The notes below the pieces were generated by a model, which saw only the letters and a list, made by a program, of their open reading frames with translations, did no database searches and was not told where the DNA came from. Made by a program: the position numbers and the translations under genes. Shown here piece by piece: positions 29,718 through 39,658 of a DNA stretch of 64,000 nucleotides. Origin of the DNA: a bacterium (GTDB lineage: Bacteria; Hinthialibacterota; Hinthialibacteria; OLB16); assembly GCA_022072055.1 (NCBI GenBank), contig JAJVIK010000007.1, positions 513,442 to 577,441 on the forward strand, given 5' to 3'. Numbering within the stretch: position 1 is the first letter of the stretch; the number at the start of each line of letters is the position of its first letter.

Positions 29718-31202
29718 ATGGAAGACAACGGCCGGCATGTTCAGGTGTTGCTCGCGGATGATGAGGAGAATGTCCGCTTCGCGATGAAGGAGACTCTCGC
29801 GCCGATGGGCTGCGACTGCCGCGAGGCCGCCAACGGGCGCGAGGCGGTGGAGATGTTCGCGGCGGGGAGCTACGACCTGGTCGTCCTGGATTATCGCATG
29901 CCGGAACTGGATGGGATCGAGGCCCTTAAGGAGATCCACCGGGTGAACCCGGACGTGCCGGTTCTGTTTGTGACCGCCTACGGGACCAAGGAGCTCGCGC
30001 TGGAGGCGATGCGCGAGGGGGCCTATGACTATTTCACGAAGCCCTTCGATGTGGAGGAGATGCGGGTGGTGGTGCGACGCGCGCTGGAGCGCCGACTGCT
30101 CCGCCGCAGGCTGCAAATCCTCTCGCGCCAGATGGACTCCTCGCTCGGGTTCGACCAGATCATCGGCTCCACCGCCGAGATGCGCGAGATCTTCCGCCTG
30201 ATCCAGAAGATCGCGGGTCAGGATGTGACCGTGCTGATCCTCGGCGAGTCGGGCACCGGCAAGGAGCTGGTCGCCTCGGCGATCCACCGCCATAGCAAAC
30301 GTCGCAACGGCCCCTTTGTGGCGATCAACTGCGCGGCGATTCCGGCGACCCTGCTTGAGAGCGAGCTGTTCGGGCATGAGCGCGGGGCCTTCACCGGGGC
30401 CTTCGCCCAGAAGGTGGGCAAGTTCGAGCACGCCCATGGCGGTACTATCTTCCTGGATGAGATCGGGGACATGGACGCCCTGCTGCAGGCCAAGATGCTC
30501 CGCATCCTCCAAGAGCGTCAATTCCAGCGCGTGGGCGGCAACAAGAATGTCCAGGTGGATGTGCGGATCATCGCCGCCACGAACAAGGACCTGGCCCAGG
30601 AGGTCGCCAAGGGGAATTTCCGCGAGGACCTCTATTTCCGCCTTAACGTGATCCCGATCTTCCTCCCTCCGCTCCGCAATCGGAAGGCCGATGTTCCCTT
30701 GCTCATCGAGCATTTTGTGCGCAAGGCCAACGCCCAATACGGAAAGGCCATCTCCGGAATCTCGCGGGAGGTCATGGAGCGCTTTCTCGCGCACCCCTGG
30801 CCGGGGAATGTCCGCGAGCTGGAAAATGTGATTTCCCGCGCGGTCATCCTGTCGCATGGGGCCCAGATCACCTCAACCGATCTCCCACTGGGGTTCAGCG
30901 ACCTCCAATCCGGGGCGGTGGAAGATCGAGCGGGGGGCGCGGAGTCCGTGCGCGCGACCATCGAGCTCGCTCCGGAAGGGGGCGGAGACCCTCGCCAAGG
31001 CTTGATCGCCTCGGTGATGAAACAAATCGAAGCCGGAAAATCCCTCCAGGATGCCGTGGAGGAGGAGATTCAGCGAGTGGAGAAGGATGTCATTCTGGCC
31101 TCGCTGGAGCGCAACCGCTGGCGTCGCGGGCTGACCGCCACCTTCCTCGGAATCAGCCGGAGGAACCTGCTGCGTAAGATGCAGAAACTGGGGATCGAAT
31201 AA
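29718..31202 (+). CDS. Sigma-54-dependent response regulator (NtrC family)
   Basis: Receiver domain, AAA+ sigma54 activator domain (GESGTGKE, GAFTGA), C-terminal HTH. Confidence 0.9.
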   Translation: MEDNGRHVQVLLADDEENVRFAMKETLAPMGCDCREAANGREAVEMFAAGSYDLVVLDYRMPELDGIEALKEIHRVNPDVPVLFVTAYGTKELALEAMREGAYDYFTKPFDVEEMRVVVRRALERRLLRRRLQILSRQMDSSLGFDQIIGSTAEMREIFRLIQKIAGQDVTVLILGESGTGKELVASAIHRHSKRRNGPFVAINCAAIPATLLESELFGHERGAFTGAFAQKVGKFEHAHGGTIFLDEIGDMDALLQAKMLRILQERQFQRVGGNKNVQVDVRIIAATNKDLAQEVAKGNFREDLYFRLNVIPIFLPPLRNRKADVPLLIEHFVRKANAQYGKAISGISREVMERFLAHPWPGNVRELENVISRAVILSHGAQITSTDLPLGFSDLQSGAVEDRAGGAESVRATIELAPEGGGDPRQGLIASVMKQIEAGKSLQDAVEEEIQRVEKDVILASLERNRWRRGLTATFLGISRRNLLRKMQKLGIE

Positions 31203-31211
31203 GACCAACGC

Positions 31212-32183
31212 ATGAACCGAAACGACTCCGAACCTCGACCGCGAGTCCTTTTCTGTGGAACCCCGGATTTCGCGGTTCCTTCGCTGCGAGCCTTGCTGGA
31301 TTCGCCCTATTGTCCCATTCTGGTGGTGACCCAGCCGGATCGCCCACGCGGGCGAGGTCAGCGGGTCTCCCCTTCCCCGGTGAAGCAGGCGGCCCTGGAA
31401 GCCGGCTTGCCGGTCCTCCAGCCCGAACGATTCAACTCGGAGGAGACCCTCGCGCGCATCCGGGAGGCTCGCCCGGACCTCGCGGTGGTTGTGGCTTATT
31501 CAGCCAAGATCGGAAAGCGAGCCCTTGAAATGGTCCCGGAGGGGTGGCTGAACCTGCACCCCTCGCTCCTTCCGGCCTATCGAGGCGCCGCCCCGCTTCA
31601 GTGGGCGCTCATTCGCGGAGAGACCCGGACCGGAGTCAGCACGTTTTTCCTCAACGAGGCCTGGGATGCCGGTCCCATCTGTCTTCAGGAGGAGCTCGCG
31701 ATCCGGCCGGAGGAGGATTACGGGACTCTCTCGGCCCGCGCGGCTGAAGTGGGAGCGGCATTAATCCTGCGTTCGGTTGAGGCGGTGGCGGAGGGGGTCG
31801 CCCCGAGAGGGCCTCAAGACGATTCCCGGGCGACTTTCGCCCCCTTGCTCAAGCCGGAAGACTCGCGCCTGGCTTGGGAAAGCTCAGCTTCGGACATCCA
31901 CAATCGCGCGCGCGGTCTGTCTCCCCAGCCGGGCCTCTTCGCCCGTTGGGGGGGTAAGCTATTGCGGGTTGAAAAGACCGGCCTCCTCGCGGAGCAGGGG
32001 ACCGGCGCGGCTCCAGGTCAAGTGCTTCGCGCCGACAAAGGCGGTTTGGTGGTTCAGACGGGCCACGGGGCGATTGAGCTCCTGCGGGTCCGTCCGGAAA
32101 GCAAAGGCTCCATGTCCGGGCGTGACTTTGTGAACGGCGCGCGGCTCAAGCCTGGCGACTTTCTCGAAAACGGCCCACCCTGA
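31212..32183 (+). CDS. fmt: Methionyl-tRNA formyltransferase
   Basis: Formyltransferase motifs (HPSLLPAYRGAAPLQWAL) plus C-terminal domain. Confidence 0.9.
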   Translation: MNRNDSEPRPRVLFCGTPDFAVPSLRALLDSPYCPILVVTQPDRPRGRGQRVSPSPVKQAALEAGLPVLQPERFNSEETLARIREARPDLAVVVAYSAKIGKRALEMVPEGWLNLHPSLLPAYRGAAPLQWALIRGETRTGVSTFFLNEAWDAGPICLQEELAIRPEEDYGTLSARAAEVGAALILRSVEAVAEGVAPRGPQDDSRATFAPLLKPEDSRLAWESSASDIHNRARGLSPQPGLFARWGGKLLRVEKTGLLAEQGTGAAPGQVLRADKGGLVVQTGHGAIELLRVRPESKGSMSGRDFVNGARLKPGDFLENGPP

Positions 32184-32263
32184 CCGATTTCCGGTTGGCG
32201 CGCCCGCCAGGCAGCCGTAACATGCGCCAGGGATGACGCAAAACGGGAACGAGGGACCCAGCC

Positions 32264-34348
32264 ATGCAAGAAAAGGTTCCACCAGCCACGGACCGAAGCA
32301 TCCTGAAGCGAATCCTGTTTCGGGCCTCCTTGATCGCGTGTGGGCTCCCGCTCCTGATCGCCGCCGCGCTCCTCGCGCTCCCCTCCGCAACCAGGGGGCA
32401 GCTGGGTTGGCCCACGGTCCTGACCCTCTCGGTCACCGCGACCTGCTCGGTCTTGGGGTTGTACCTCTTGATTGAAATCCTCTTTCGGTTCTTCCCCTTG
32501 TCGAAGGGGCTTAAACGCCTGCTCGAGTCGACCGATGACGGGGCGGAGCACCCCTCCCGGATGACTGAGGTGTCGAAGAAGATCGACACGCTCGGAATGA
32601 TCACCGAGGACTTCCGGCAAAGCGCGCTGGAGCTCCACGGATTAATCCGCCAACTGGCCACCCTGGGGGAGGTTACCGAACTCACCTCGCGCATCCCGGA
32701 CCTTAAGGGTCTCCTCGGCGTGGTGCTTCGCAAGGCGCTGATGGCCACCCGGGCGACCAAGGGAACGATCCTGGTTCAGGAGGAGGAAGGGGGGGGATTG
32801 CATGTCCTGGCCGCCGAGGGGTGGTCCCCCAACATCGTCGGTCCGATCGATCCCGCGGACACGCTGGCGAGCAAGGTGATCGCGACCGGCAAACCGCTCT
32901 TGGCCCTCGATGAGGAGGGGGTCTTGGCCGCGGGCGGGGCCAACGATCCTCATCGCTACGCCTCCTCCTCGTTCCTGATCATGCCGCTCAGCACAACCCG
33001 CGGGACCATCGGCGCGCTGTGCCTTTCCGAGCGGGTGGGAGGGGCCTCGTTCACCGACCACGACCAACAGTTCCTCGCCGCGCTTCTCGCGCAAGTCGGG
33101 TTCGCCATGGAAAACGCCCGAATGATCCAGCAGATGCGCGAGGCCATGAACCACCTTGAGGAGACCGTCCACCGTCAGGAAACCCTGCTGCGGGATGCGC
33201 GCCGCAAGGTGCTTCACGCCAACCGTCTCTCCGAACTCGGACAACTCATCGCCGGAGTGGCTCATGAACTCAACAACCCGCTCACCTCGGTGCAGGGATA
33301 CGCGCAGCTCCTGCTCGAGCGGGATGAGGCGGCCCGGGACAACCGTTGGCTGAGGACTGTGTTCGATGAATCCACGCGCGCCACCGCGATTGTCCGGAAT
33401 CTCCTCAATTTCGCCCATGAGAGCAGCCCCGGAACCTCCCCCGCCGATCTCAATGAGGTTGTGGAGACCGTGGTCCGACTCCGCCGCTATGACCTGCGCA
33501 TGCGCAACATCGACATCTCCACCGATCTCGATCCCAGCCTTCCGGCGGTCATGGGGGAGCCGGCTCGCTTCCAGCAGGTCCTCCTCAACCTCATCAACAA
33601 TTCGGTTCAGGCGATGCCGCCGGAGGGGGCGCGGAAGATCCGCCTGGGGACCACTCACTCAGACCAGGAGGTTTCCATCTGGATCGCGGACACCGGACGC
33701 GGCATCCCCGAGGATATCCGCGACAAGGTGTTTGAGCCATTCTTCACCACGCGGACCGACCTTGCCCATACGGGTCTCGGACTGACCATCTCTCGCGCGA
33801 TCATCGAGGACCTCGGCGGGGCGCTCGACATCCTGAGCGTGGAGGGGCAGGGAACACGGGTCACCATCCGTCTCCCGCTGGTCGAGGCCCCCGAGGCCAC
33901 GGCCGAGGTTCGCTCGCTCCTCGCCCCACTCCCCCTCCGATTCGACCACCTCTTCGCGCTCTCGGTGGATGACGAGCCGGCCAACGCCGAGCTGGTTGCC
34001 TCGATCCTCCAGGAAATCGGTTTCCGGGTGGAAATCGCCACCAGCGGGAATGACGCCAAGACTCGCCTGTTGCACGAATCCTTCGACCTGGTGGTGTGCG
34101 ACCTGCGCATGCCGCAAATGGATGGGCGACTGCTCTTTCGGGACCTCAAGCGAACTCGCCCGAGTTCGATCAAGCGGATTCTCTTCACCACCGGGGATGT
34201 GTTTGATCCGGAGGCGCGTCTCTTCGCCCAGAACAACCAGCTACGGCTGGTGGCCAAACCCTTCGTGAAGGAGGATCTCCTGGCCGCGGTCCGTGAGGTC
34301 TTCGCGCGGGAACCCGCTATCCTTCGCCATGTGGCGGGACGCCGATAG
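32264..34348 (+). CDS. Hybrid sensor histidine kinase with GAF domain and C-terminal receiver
   Basis: N-terminal TM, GAF-like region, H-box GVAHELNNPLT, HATPase, receiver (DDEP...DLVVCDLRMP). Confidence 0.8.
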   Translation: MQEKVPPATDRSILKRILFRASLIACGLPLLIAAALLALPSATRGQLGWPTVLTLSVTATCSVLGLYLLIEILFRFFPLSKGLKRLLESTDDGAEHPSRMTEVSKKIDTLGMITEDFRQSALELHGLIRQLATLGEVTELTSRIPDLKGLLGVVLRKALMATRATKGTILVQEEEGGGLHVLAAEGWSPNIVGPIDPADTLASKVIATGKPLLALDEEGVLAAGGANDPHRYASSSFLIMPLSTTRGTIGALCLSERVGGASFTDHDQQFLAALLAQVGFAMENARMIQQMREAMNHLEETVHRQETLLRDARRKVLHANRLSELGQLIAGVAHELNNPLTSVQGYAQLLLERDEAARDNRWLRTVFDESTRATAIVRNLLNFAHESSPGTSPADLNEVVETVVRLRRYDLRMRNIDISTDLDPSLPAVMGEPARFQQVLLNLINNSVQAMPPEGARKIRLGTTHSDQEVSIWIADTGRGIPEDIRDKVFEPFFTTRTDLAHTGLGLTISRAIIEDLGGALDILSVEGQGTRVTIRLPLVEAPEATAEVRSLLAPLPLRFDHLFALSVDDEPANAELVASILQEIGFRVEIATSGNDAKTRLLHESFDLVVCDLRMPQMDGRLLFRDLKRTRPSSIKRILFTTGDVFDPEARLFAQNNQLRLVAKPFVKEDLLAAVREVFAREPAILRHVAGRR

Positions 34349-34527
34349 ACATGGGTCCACCGAGGGGAACCTGGCTGTCCCGCTCCGGCGGAGGCGGGTG
34401 TCTTTCACCACAAGCCGATCATCCCCCTCCGTGTCTTCCCCACGACCAAGGGATTTCGGCGGGTCCCCGGGAAAGACCGATTGGCCCCGCGCTTGACTCA
34501 AGGGCGCTCTCCGGATAAGCGTACCGC

Positions 34528-35232
34528 ATGAAAAGAACCCGTGGACCCCAGTTTCGCGAATTTGCCCAGCCGCTTTTCACCCTGTGGCTTCTGACGGGCT
34601 TGATGATTGCTCCCGCGGCCGCCGAGGACCCCACGCCGAGCGCCTTGGAGGCGGACCCCTCGGGTTGGGAGGATCTGTTGCCGTCGGCGGACCTCAAAGG
34701 CTGGTCGCGGGTCCCGGTCCCACCCGGGGATCCGTTGGGCCGGCCTCAATGGACCATCGAGGAGTCCGACAAGGTCCTGGTGTGTAGCGGCGAGGGAGGG
34801 CATGACATGCTCCTGTGCGACCGGGAATTCGGGGATGCGATTTTCCACGTGGAGTTCCGGTACGCCAAGGTCGAGGGGAAGACAGGCTACAACAGCGGAA
34901 TCTACGCGCGAAACTCGAATGACGGAGCGCTTTGGCATCAGGCCCAGATCGGCGATGGAAACGGCGGCTATCTGTTCGGAGAGACCCCAACCCCTGAAGG
35001 GAAAAAGAAGTTCTTCACCACCATGAACGAGGTTGGGAATGGCCGGGTCAAGCCGGCGGGGGAATGGAACACCCTCGAAATCACCGCCCTGGGGAAGACC
35101 TTGTCATTGTGGGTCAACGGGGCGGTCACCTGCCGCTTCGGCGAGTGCGGAAGCCCCAAGGGCCTGGTGGGCGTTGAGGGCGAGGGATATCGGATTGAGT
35201 TCCGCAACCTCAAGATCAAGGAGCTGAAGTAA
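34528..35232 (+). CDS. DUF1080 (3-keto-disaccharide hydrolase-like) secreted protein, second paralog
   Basis: Signal peptide; beta-sandwich motifs resembling the 5450-6124 ORF (GEGYRIEFRNLKIKEL). Confidence 0.7.
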   Translation: MKRTRGPQFREFAQPLFTLWLLTGLMIAPAAAEDPTPSALEADPSGWEDLLPSADLKGWSRVPVPPGDPLGRPQWTIEESDKVLVCSGEGGHDMLLCDREFGDAIFHVEFRYAKVEGKTGYNSGIYARNSNDGALWHQAQIGDGNGGYLFGETPTPEGKKKFFTTMNEVGNGRVKPAGEWNTLEITALGKTLSLWVNGAVTCRFGECGSPKGLVGVEGEGYRIEFRNLKIKELK

Positions 35233-35303
35233 CCCCTCCTTGTCGTCGAGGCCGAGGCTCCTCCGCAACCCGGAAACATCCGACCTCAGGGAGTGAGGCA
35301 CGC

Positions 35304-37004
35304 TCATTCGGCGGGGTTCCAGAGGGACTCCCGGAGCCTTTCGATCACCCATCGGGTGTCCTCCAGGCGGCTCTTCATCTCCTCCTCGCCGAAGGCCGCC
35401 ACGAACCATTTCCGGATTTCGCTGTTTTGGGGCGCGGCCAGGGTGGTGTAGGCCAGGGATACATTCTTCCGGTCGCCGATATTCGGGAAATAGTCGGGCA
35501 TTCTTGTGCCTGGGGCCAACTCCTGCGGCTCGATCAGCCAGTCCCTCAGCCAGTCATGCCGCAAGCGGGACCGAACCAGGGACAAGGGCGGGGCCAGGTT
35601 CAGCTTATCCGGCATGACGTGGAGTTCGGATTCGTGGGTCGGGTGGCAGGAGGCGCACTGAAACGCCTCCGCCAATTTCCGCCCGGCCTCAAGGTCCAGG
35701 TCTTGAACAGGCCCCGGAGCGGGCGGGGTGTCCTCCGAAGTCACTCCCTCCAGCGCGCGGAAGTAGCGGACAAGCGCCTCGGTTTCTCCCTCCGCGAAGG
35801 CGTAGGTCGGCATCCGAACCTTGAGCCAGAGACGGATCGCAGAAGGCTCCTTCAGGTAAGTCGCAAGCCATGCCGCTTGCACCTTGCGGCCCTCTCCAAC
35901 GAGTGTGGGCGGGTGGTGGCCGGGGTCCTCGATCCGCGCGCGCAAGTCCCCTCCCCAAGCGCCTTGTTCCGCCATCCGCTCCACCGTGTGGCAGCCGATG
36001 CAGTTCAACCGTCGCACCGACAGGCGACCCGCAGCCACTTCCGCATCCGCTCCCTCTTTGGGAGCGGGCTTATTCGCGGCCGCCACAAGGGCCTCCACTT
36101 CACTTTCCGGAAGGTTGAACTGGGGGACCAGGAGGTCTTCGGTCTCCCCGGTCTGATGGATGCCCATAAAATCTTCCCCAGTCCAATCCGAGATCGCGGA
36201 GCCGATCCGCTCAGCCTCCTCAAATCCGGGAATGCCGTGGCACCCGAAGCATCCCTTTTCCTCGATGAGCTGCTTCCCCTCCTCAATCCGATCCTGGTCG
36301 GAAGTCGCCTCCGATATCTCGGTCGGGATACTACCCTTGAGGGTGAGCAGATACGCGGTGATGTCGAGCGCCTCTTGGTCCGAGAGCCGCAAGCTCGGCA
36401 TGGGGGTTTCCGGGTCCCAATCCGCCGGATTCTTCAGCCAATGAAACAGCCACGCGGGGGATGTCTTGGACCCGAGGGCGGAGAGATTCGGACCCGCGAC
36501 CGCGGGCGGCGCGGCCTCACCGGTTTCGAGCGAATGGCAAGCCAGGCAGCCGATCTCCGCCACCAACGCCTGGCCGTTTTCGGCGCGGCCTTTGGCGGGG
36601 TCCACTGTTTCAAACGATGTCGGGGTGGATGAGTGGAGGAGGTAAGCGGCGATGGCCTGGCTCTGTTCCGCGCTCAGCCCGAAATCCGGCATGAGGCGGT
36701 GAGCGGATAACTCGGGAGAACCATTGAGCCATCGGATCAGCCAAGACATGCTGACCTTCGAGGCGACCCTTGAAAGCGGCGGGCCGTTCTTTTTCCAGGT
36801 GGTTCCGGGGATATCATGGCACCCCACGCATCCGTGCTGATGGAGAAGGTGTCCGCCAAGCTCCTCCGGCGACCCGATGGCGGGCGCGGAGTCCGCCGGG
36901 CGGATGGATGCGAGTTCCGCGGCCATGAAAACGACCGCGGCGAGAAGCAGCGAAGCGGGAGTCGGATGGCGCGACTCAAGGGGCGGTCTTCTCGGAGATC
37001 CCAT
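35304..37004 (-). CDS. Multihaem c-type cytochrome (five CxxCH motifs)
   Basis: CVGCH, CLACH, CFGCH, CIGCH, CASCH; N-terminal signal sequence; start could alternatively be 37022. Confidence 0.75.
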   Translation of the reverse strand: MGSPRRPPLESRHPTPASLLLAAVVFMAAELASIRPADSAPAIGSPEELGGHLLHQHGCVGCHDIPGTTWKKNGPPLSRVASKVSMSWLIRWLNGSPELSAHRLMPDFGLSAEQSQAIAAYLLHSSTPTSFETVDPAKGRAENGQALVAEIGCLACHSLETGEAAPPAVAGPNLSALGSKTSPAWLFHWLKNPADWDPETPMPSLRLSDQEALDITAYLLTLKGSIPTEISEATSDQDRIEEGKQLIEEKGCFGCHGIPGFEEAERIGSAISDWTGEDFMGIHQTGETEDLLVPQFNLPESEVEALVAAANKPAPKEGADAEVAAGRLSVRRLNCIGCHTVERMAEQGAWGGDLRARIEDPGHHPPTLVGEGRKVQAAWLATYLKEPSAIRLWLKVRMPTYAFAEGETEALVRYFRALEGVTSEDTPPAPGPVQDLDLEAGRKLAEAFQCASCHPTHESELHVMPDKLNLAPPLSLVRSRLRHDWLRDWLIEPQELAPGTRMPDYFPNIGDRKNVSLAYTTLAAPQNSEIRKWFVAAFGEEEMKSRLEDTRWVIERLRESLWNPAE

Positions 37005-37012
37005 GTCCAGTC

Positions 37013-38002
37013 CTAATCCCACCCGCCGGGGCGTATGCCCTCCACTTTGGTCCGAACCTGGTAGACCGAGGTTTTCGCGGTGATAAACAGGGTCTTTCCA
37101 TCCTCACCCCCAAAGGCGCAGTTGGCCGGTTGCTCGGGGGTCTTTAAGAGCCCCACCCAGTTCCCCTCACGGTCCCAAATCCAAACCCCCTCCGGCCCGG
37201 TGACATACACATTCCCCTCCTTGTCCACCTTCATCCCATCCGCGCCGGGACCATCGAGGCGACTGAACACAATCGGCTCCCCGAAAGTCCCATCCGGGCT
37301 GACCGGGAAGGCGTTGACCAGCATCGCCACGGTGTCGGCCACATACAGGATGGTTTCATCGGGGGAAAGGGCGAGTCCGTTGGGGCGGTTCATGGCGCGA
37401 GAGCCAAGATGGAGCTCGCCGTCGGGAGTGACACAGAACACCCCCTGGAAGTCGAGTTCGCGCTCGGAGTCGGACGAGAGTCCATAGGGGGGATCGGTGA
37501 AATACACTCGACCATCGGAGGCCACGACCACATCATTGGGGCTGTTGAGACGCTTTCCCATGAAGGTTTCGGCCACCACTTCCACGGTTCCATCGGAAAG
37601 GGTCCGTGAAACCCGCCGCGCGGAATGCTCACAGGCGATCAGGCTCCCGCGACGATCGAAGGTGAGGCCGTTGGAGTTCCGGCTCGGCTCGCGGAAGACG
37701 CTCGCCTCCTTGCCCGGCTCCCAGCGGAGAATACGGCTCCCGGGAATATCGGAAAAGAGCAGATAGCCCGAGGGATGCCAGAGGGGACCCTCGGTGAACT
37801 GGTGGCCAGTTGAGATTCTCTCAAGCGTCTCGACCTCGACCAGTTTTTCCGGTTGGCCGGGTGGCTGCGCCAGAGTTCCGGGGGGATTTCCCATGAGCCC
37901 CAATGGCCCCACTAGGGTCAGAATCCTGAACCAACCCCTGAGCTTGTCCCTCGACCCCTGTTCCACCCGGTCCGCCACACACCGCATTGTTGACCCTCCC
38001 AC
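37013..38002 (-). CDS. SMP-30/gluconolactonase/LRE family protein
   Basis: Six-bladed propeller motifs (EGPLWHP, NGLTFD, NDVVVASDG, NGLALSPD). Confidence 0.8.
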   Translation of the reverse strand: MGGSTMRCVADRVEQGSRDKLRGWFRILTLVGPLGLMGNPPGTLAQPPGQPEKLVEVETLERISTGHQFTEGPLWHPSGYLLFSDIPGSRILRWEPGKEASVFREPSRNSNGLTFDRRGSLIACEHSARRVSRTLSDGTVEVVAETFMGKRLNSPNDVVVASDGRVYFTDPPYGLSSDSERELDFQGVFCVTPDGELHLGSRAMNRPNGLALSPDETILYVADTVAMLVNAFPVSPDGTFGEPIVFSRLDGPGADGMKVDKEGNVYVTGPEGVWIWDREGNWVGLLKTPEQPANCAFGGEDGKTLFITAKTSVYQVRTKVEGIRPGGWD

Positions 38003-38110
38003 CCAAACGCACTAGCCTAAACAAGAGTTCATGGGGGCCATACTTTCCTCTGGAATCCGGGCGGCGTCCAGTCTCAGCCGCGCGAGGAACTTGAAGGAGG
38101 AGTCCACGCC

Positions 38111-39658
38111 ATGCGGGAAGTCATCCGTCCTGTTCGAGCGGCGAAGCATCGCCTGTGGGTCGGCGCGTTCCTCGCGGGAACTGTCCAGGGGCTACTGGTT
38201 CTTGCCGCCTTGGTGATCCTCCCCGCGGCCGCCATCCGCCTGTGGGAGTTTCCCTGGAACCCGTTTGCGCTCCTTTCGGCCTTGTTGCTGGCTCCGGCAT
38301 GGGGTCTGTATCGTTTGTGGCGCGCGCGGATCAATGACGCCGCCGCGTCGGTCGAGGTGGACCGCCGTTTTCGCCTCGCGGAGCGTCTCTCCAGCGCCTA
38401 TCTCCTCCGTGAGCGACACGACCCGATGGTGGAGCTCTTGAAGGAGGACGCCTCCCGTCACGCCGCCACGCTCCAGGTCCCGAGCCGTTTCCCCATCGAG
38501 CCGCCCAAGCGAACCCCCATCGTGGCCGCGGAGCTGGCCGCTTTCTGCGCGGTGGCGCTCTGGCTTCCGCCCTTTCCCAAGGAGGCCGAAGAACCTGTCC
38601 GTGTCGTTCGCGAGCAGCCTCTTTCGGAGAAGAAGGAAGAGGAGCTCGCCAAGCTTCTGAAGAAGCGCGAGGAGAATCTTCGCAAGCATGAAATCCCCGA
38701 GGCGGCCACGGGGGGACTGGAGCTCAAGGACCCGCTCTCGCTACTGGCCGAACAACTCAAGAAGGAGAAGCTCTCCCAGAAGGAGGCCATGACCCTGCTC
38801 TCCGAGGGGGAACGGGAGCTGCGCGAGAAGAAGGAGAAGCTCGACCGGATCGAGCAGGCCCGGAACCGGATTGCGCGCAACCTGGAGGACCAGCGGTTTA
38901 CCAAGGATGTTCGCGAGTCCCTCTCCGCCGGGGACTATGAAAAGGCCGCCGAGGCGCTGAAGGAGCTTTCCAGTCAACTGGCTTCGTCCGAGCTCTCTCC
39001 GGAGGACATGAGCAAGCTGACCCGTGAGCTGGAGAACTTGGCCAACGATCTGGAGGGAAACCCGGAAATCGCCCAGGCGATCCGTGATGCCCTCAAGGGT
39101 CTGAAGGAGTCCAGCTCCGGCCAGGGTTCTCCCAAGCTTTCCGGCGAAAACCTCGCCAAGGCGCTCTCGGGTCTTTCCAAGGCGGGCGCGAGCCTCTCGG
39201 AGCTCAAGCGCTTGGCCGAACGGAGCGGCGATTTGAACCGTCTGCTCCAGGACGCCGAGCTGGCGAAGCTCGCGCTTGGGGACGCCAGCAAGCAATGCAA
39301 GGCCTGCGGGAAGATCTGTTCCGGCACGATGTGCGCGAAGTGCGCCGGGGGCTGTAATTCGGGCATGGGCGGACCGGGACAAGGGCGCGGCAACACCGCC
39401 AATCCCTATGAGAATCCAAATGCCGGCTTCCAGGATGAAAAGGTCTCCAGCGCCTGGCATCCGGGGCGGATTCTCGGCGTGGTGGAGACCGAAGCGGAAA
39501 ACAGCCCGGCGGTTTCGACCCTGGGGACCGGAGTCGTGTTTGTCGAGGCGGGCGCCCGTGAGCAGGCGGTTGTCCAGGAGGAGATCCCGCCCGGATATGA
39601 AGAAATTGTGCGCGGGTATTTCGACCGAGAGACTCAGCCGCCCGCGACCTCGCCTTGA
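38111..39658 (+). CDS. Membrane-anchored coiled-coil protein with C-terminal Cys-rich (C-x2-C...C-x2-C) motif
   Basis: Two N-terminal TM helices, long K/E-rich coiled coil, CKACGKICSGTMCAKCAGGC. Confidence 0.55.
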   Translation: MREVIRPVRAAKHRLWVGAFLAGTVQGLLVLAALVILPAAAIRLWEFPWNPFALLSALLLAPAWGLYRLWRARINDAAASVEVDRRFRLAERLSSAYLLRERHDPMVELLKEDASRHAATLQVPSRFPIEPPKRTPIVAAELAAFCAVALWLPPFPKEAEEPVRVVREQPLSEKKEEELAKLLKKREENLRKHEIPEAATGGLELKDPLSLLAEQLKKEKLSQKEAMTLLSEGERELREKKEKLDRIEQARNRIARNLEDQRFTKDVRESLSAGDYEKAAEALKELSSQLASSELSPEDMSKLTRELENLANDLEGNPEIAQAIRDALKGLKESSSGQGSPKLSGENLAKALSGLSKAGASLSELKRLAERSGDLNRLLQDAELAKLALGDASKQCKACGKICSGTMCAKCAGGCNSGMGGPGQGRGNTANPYENPNAGFQDEKVSSAWHPGRILGVVETEAENSPAVSTLGTGVVFVEAGAREQAVVQEEIPPGYEEIVRGYFDRETQPPATSP

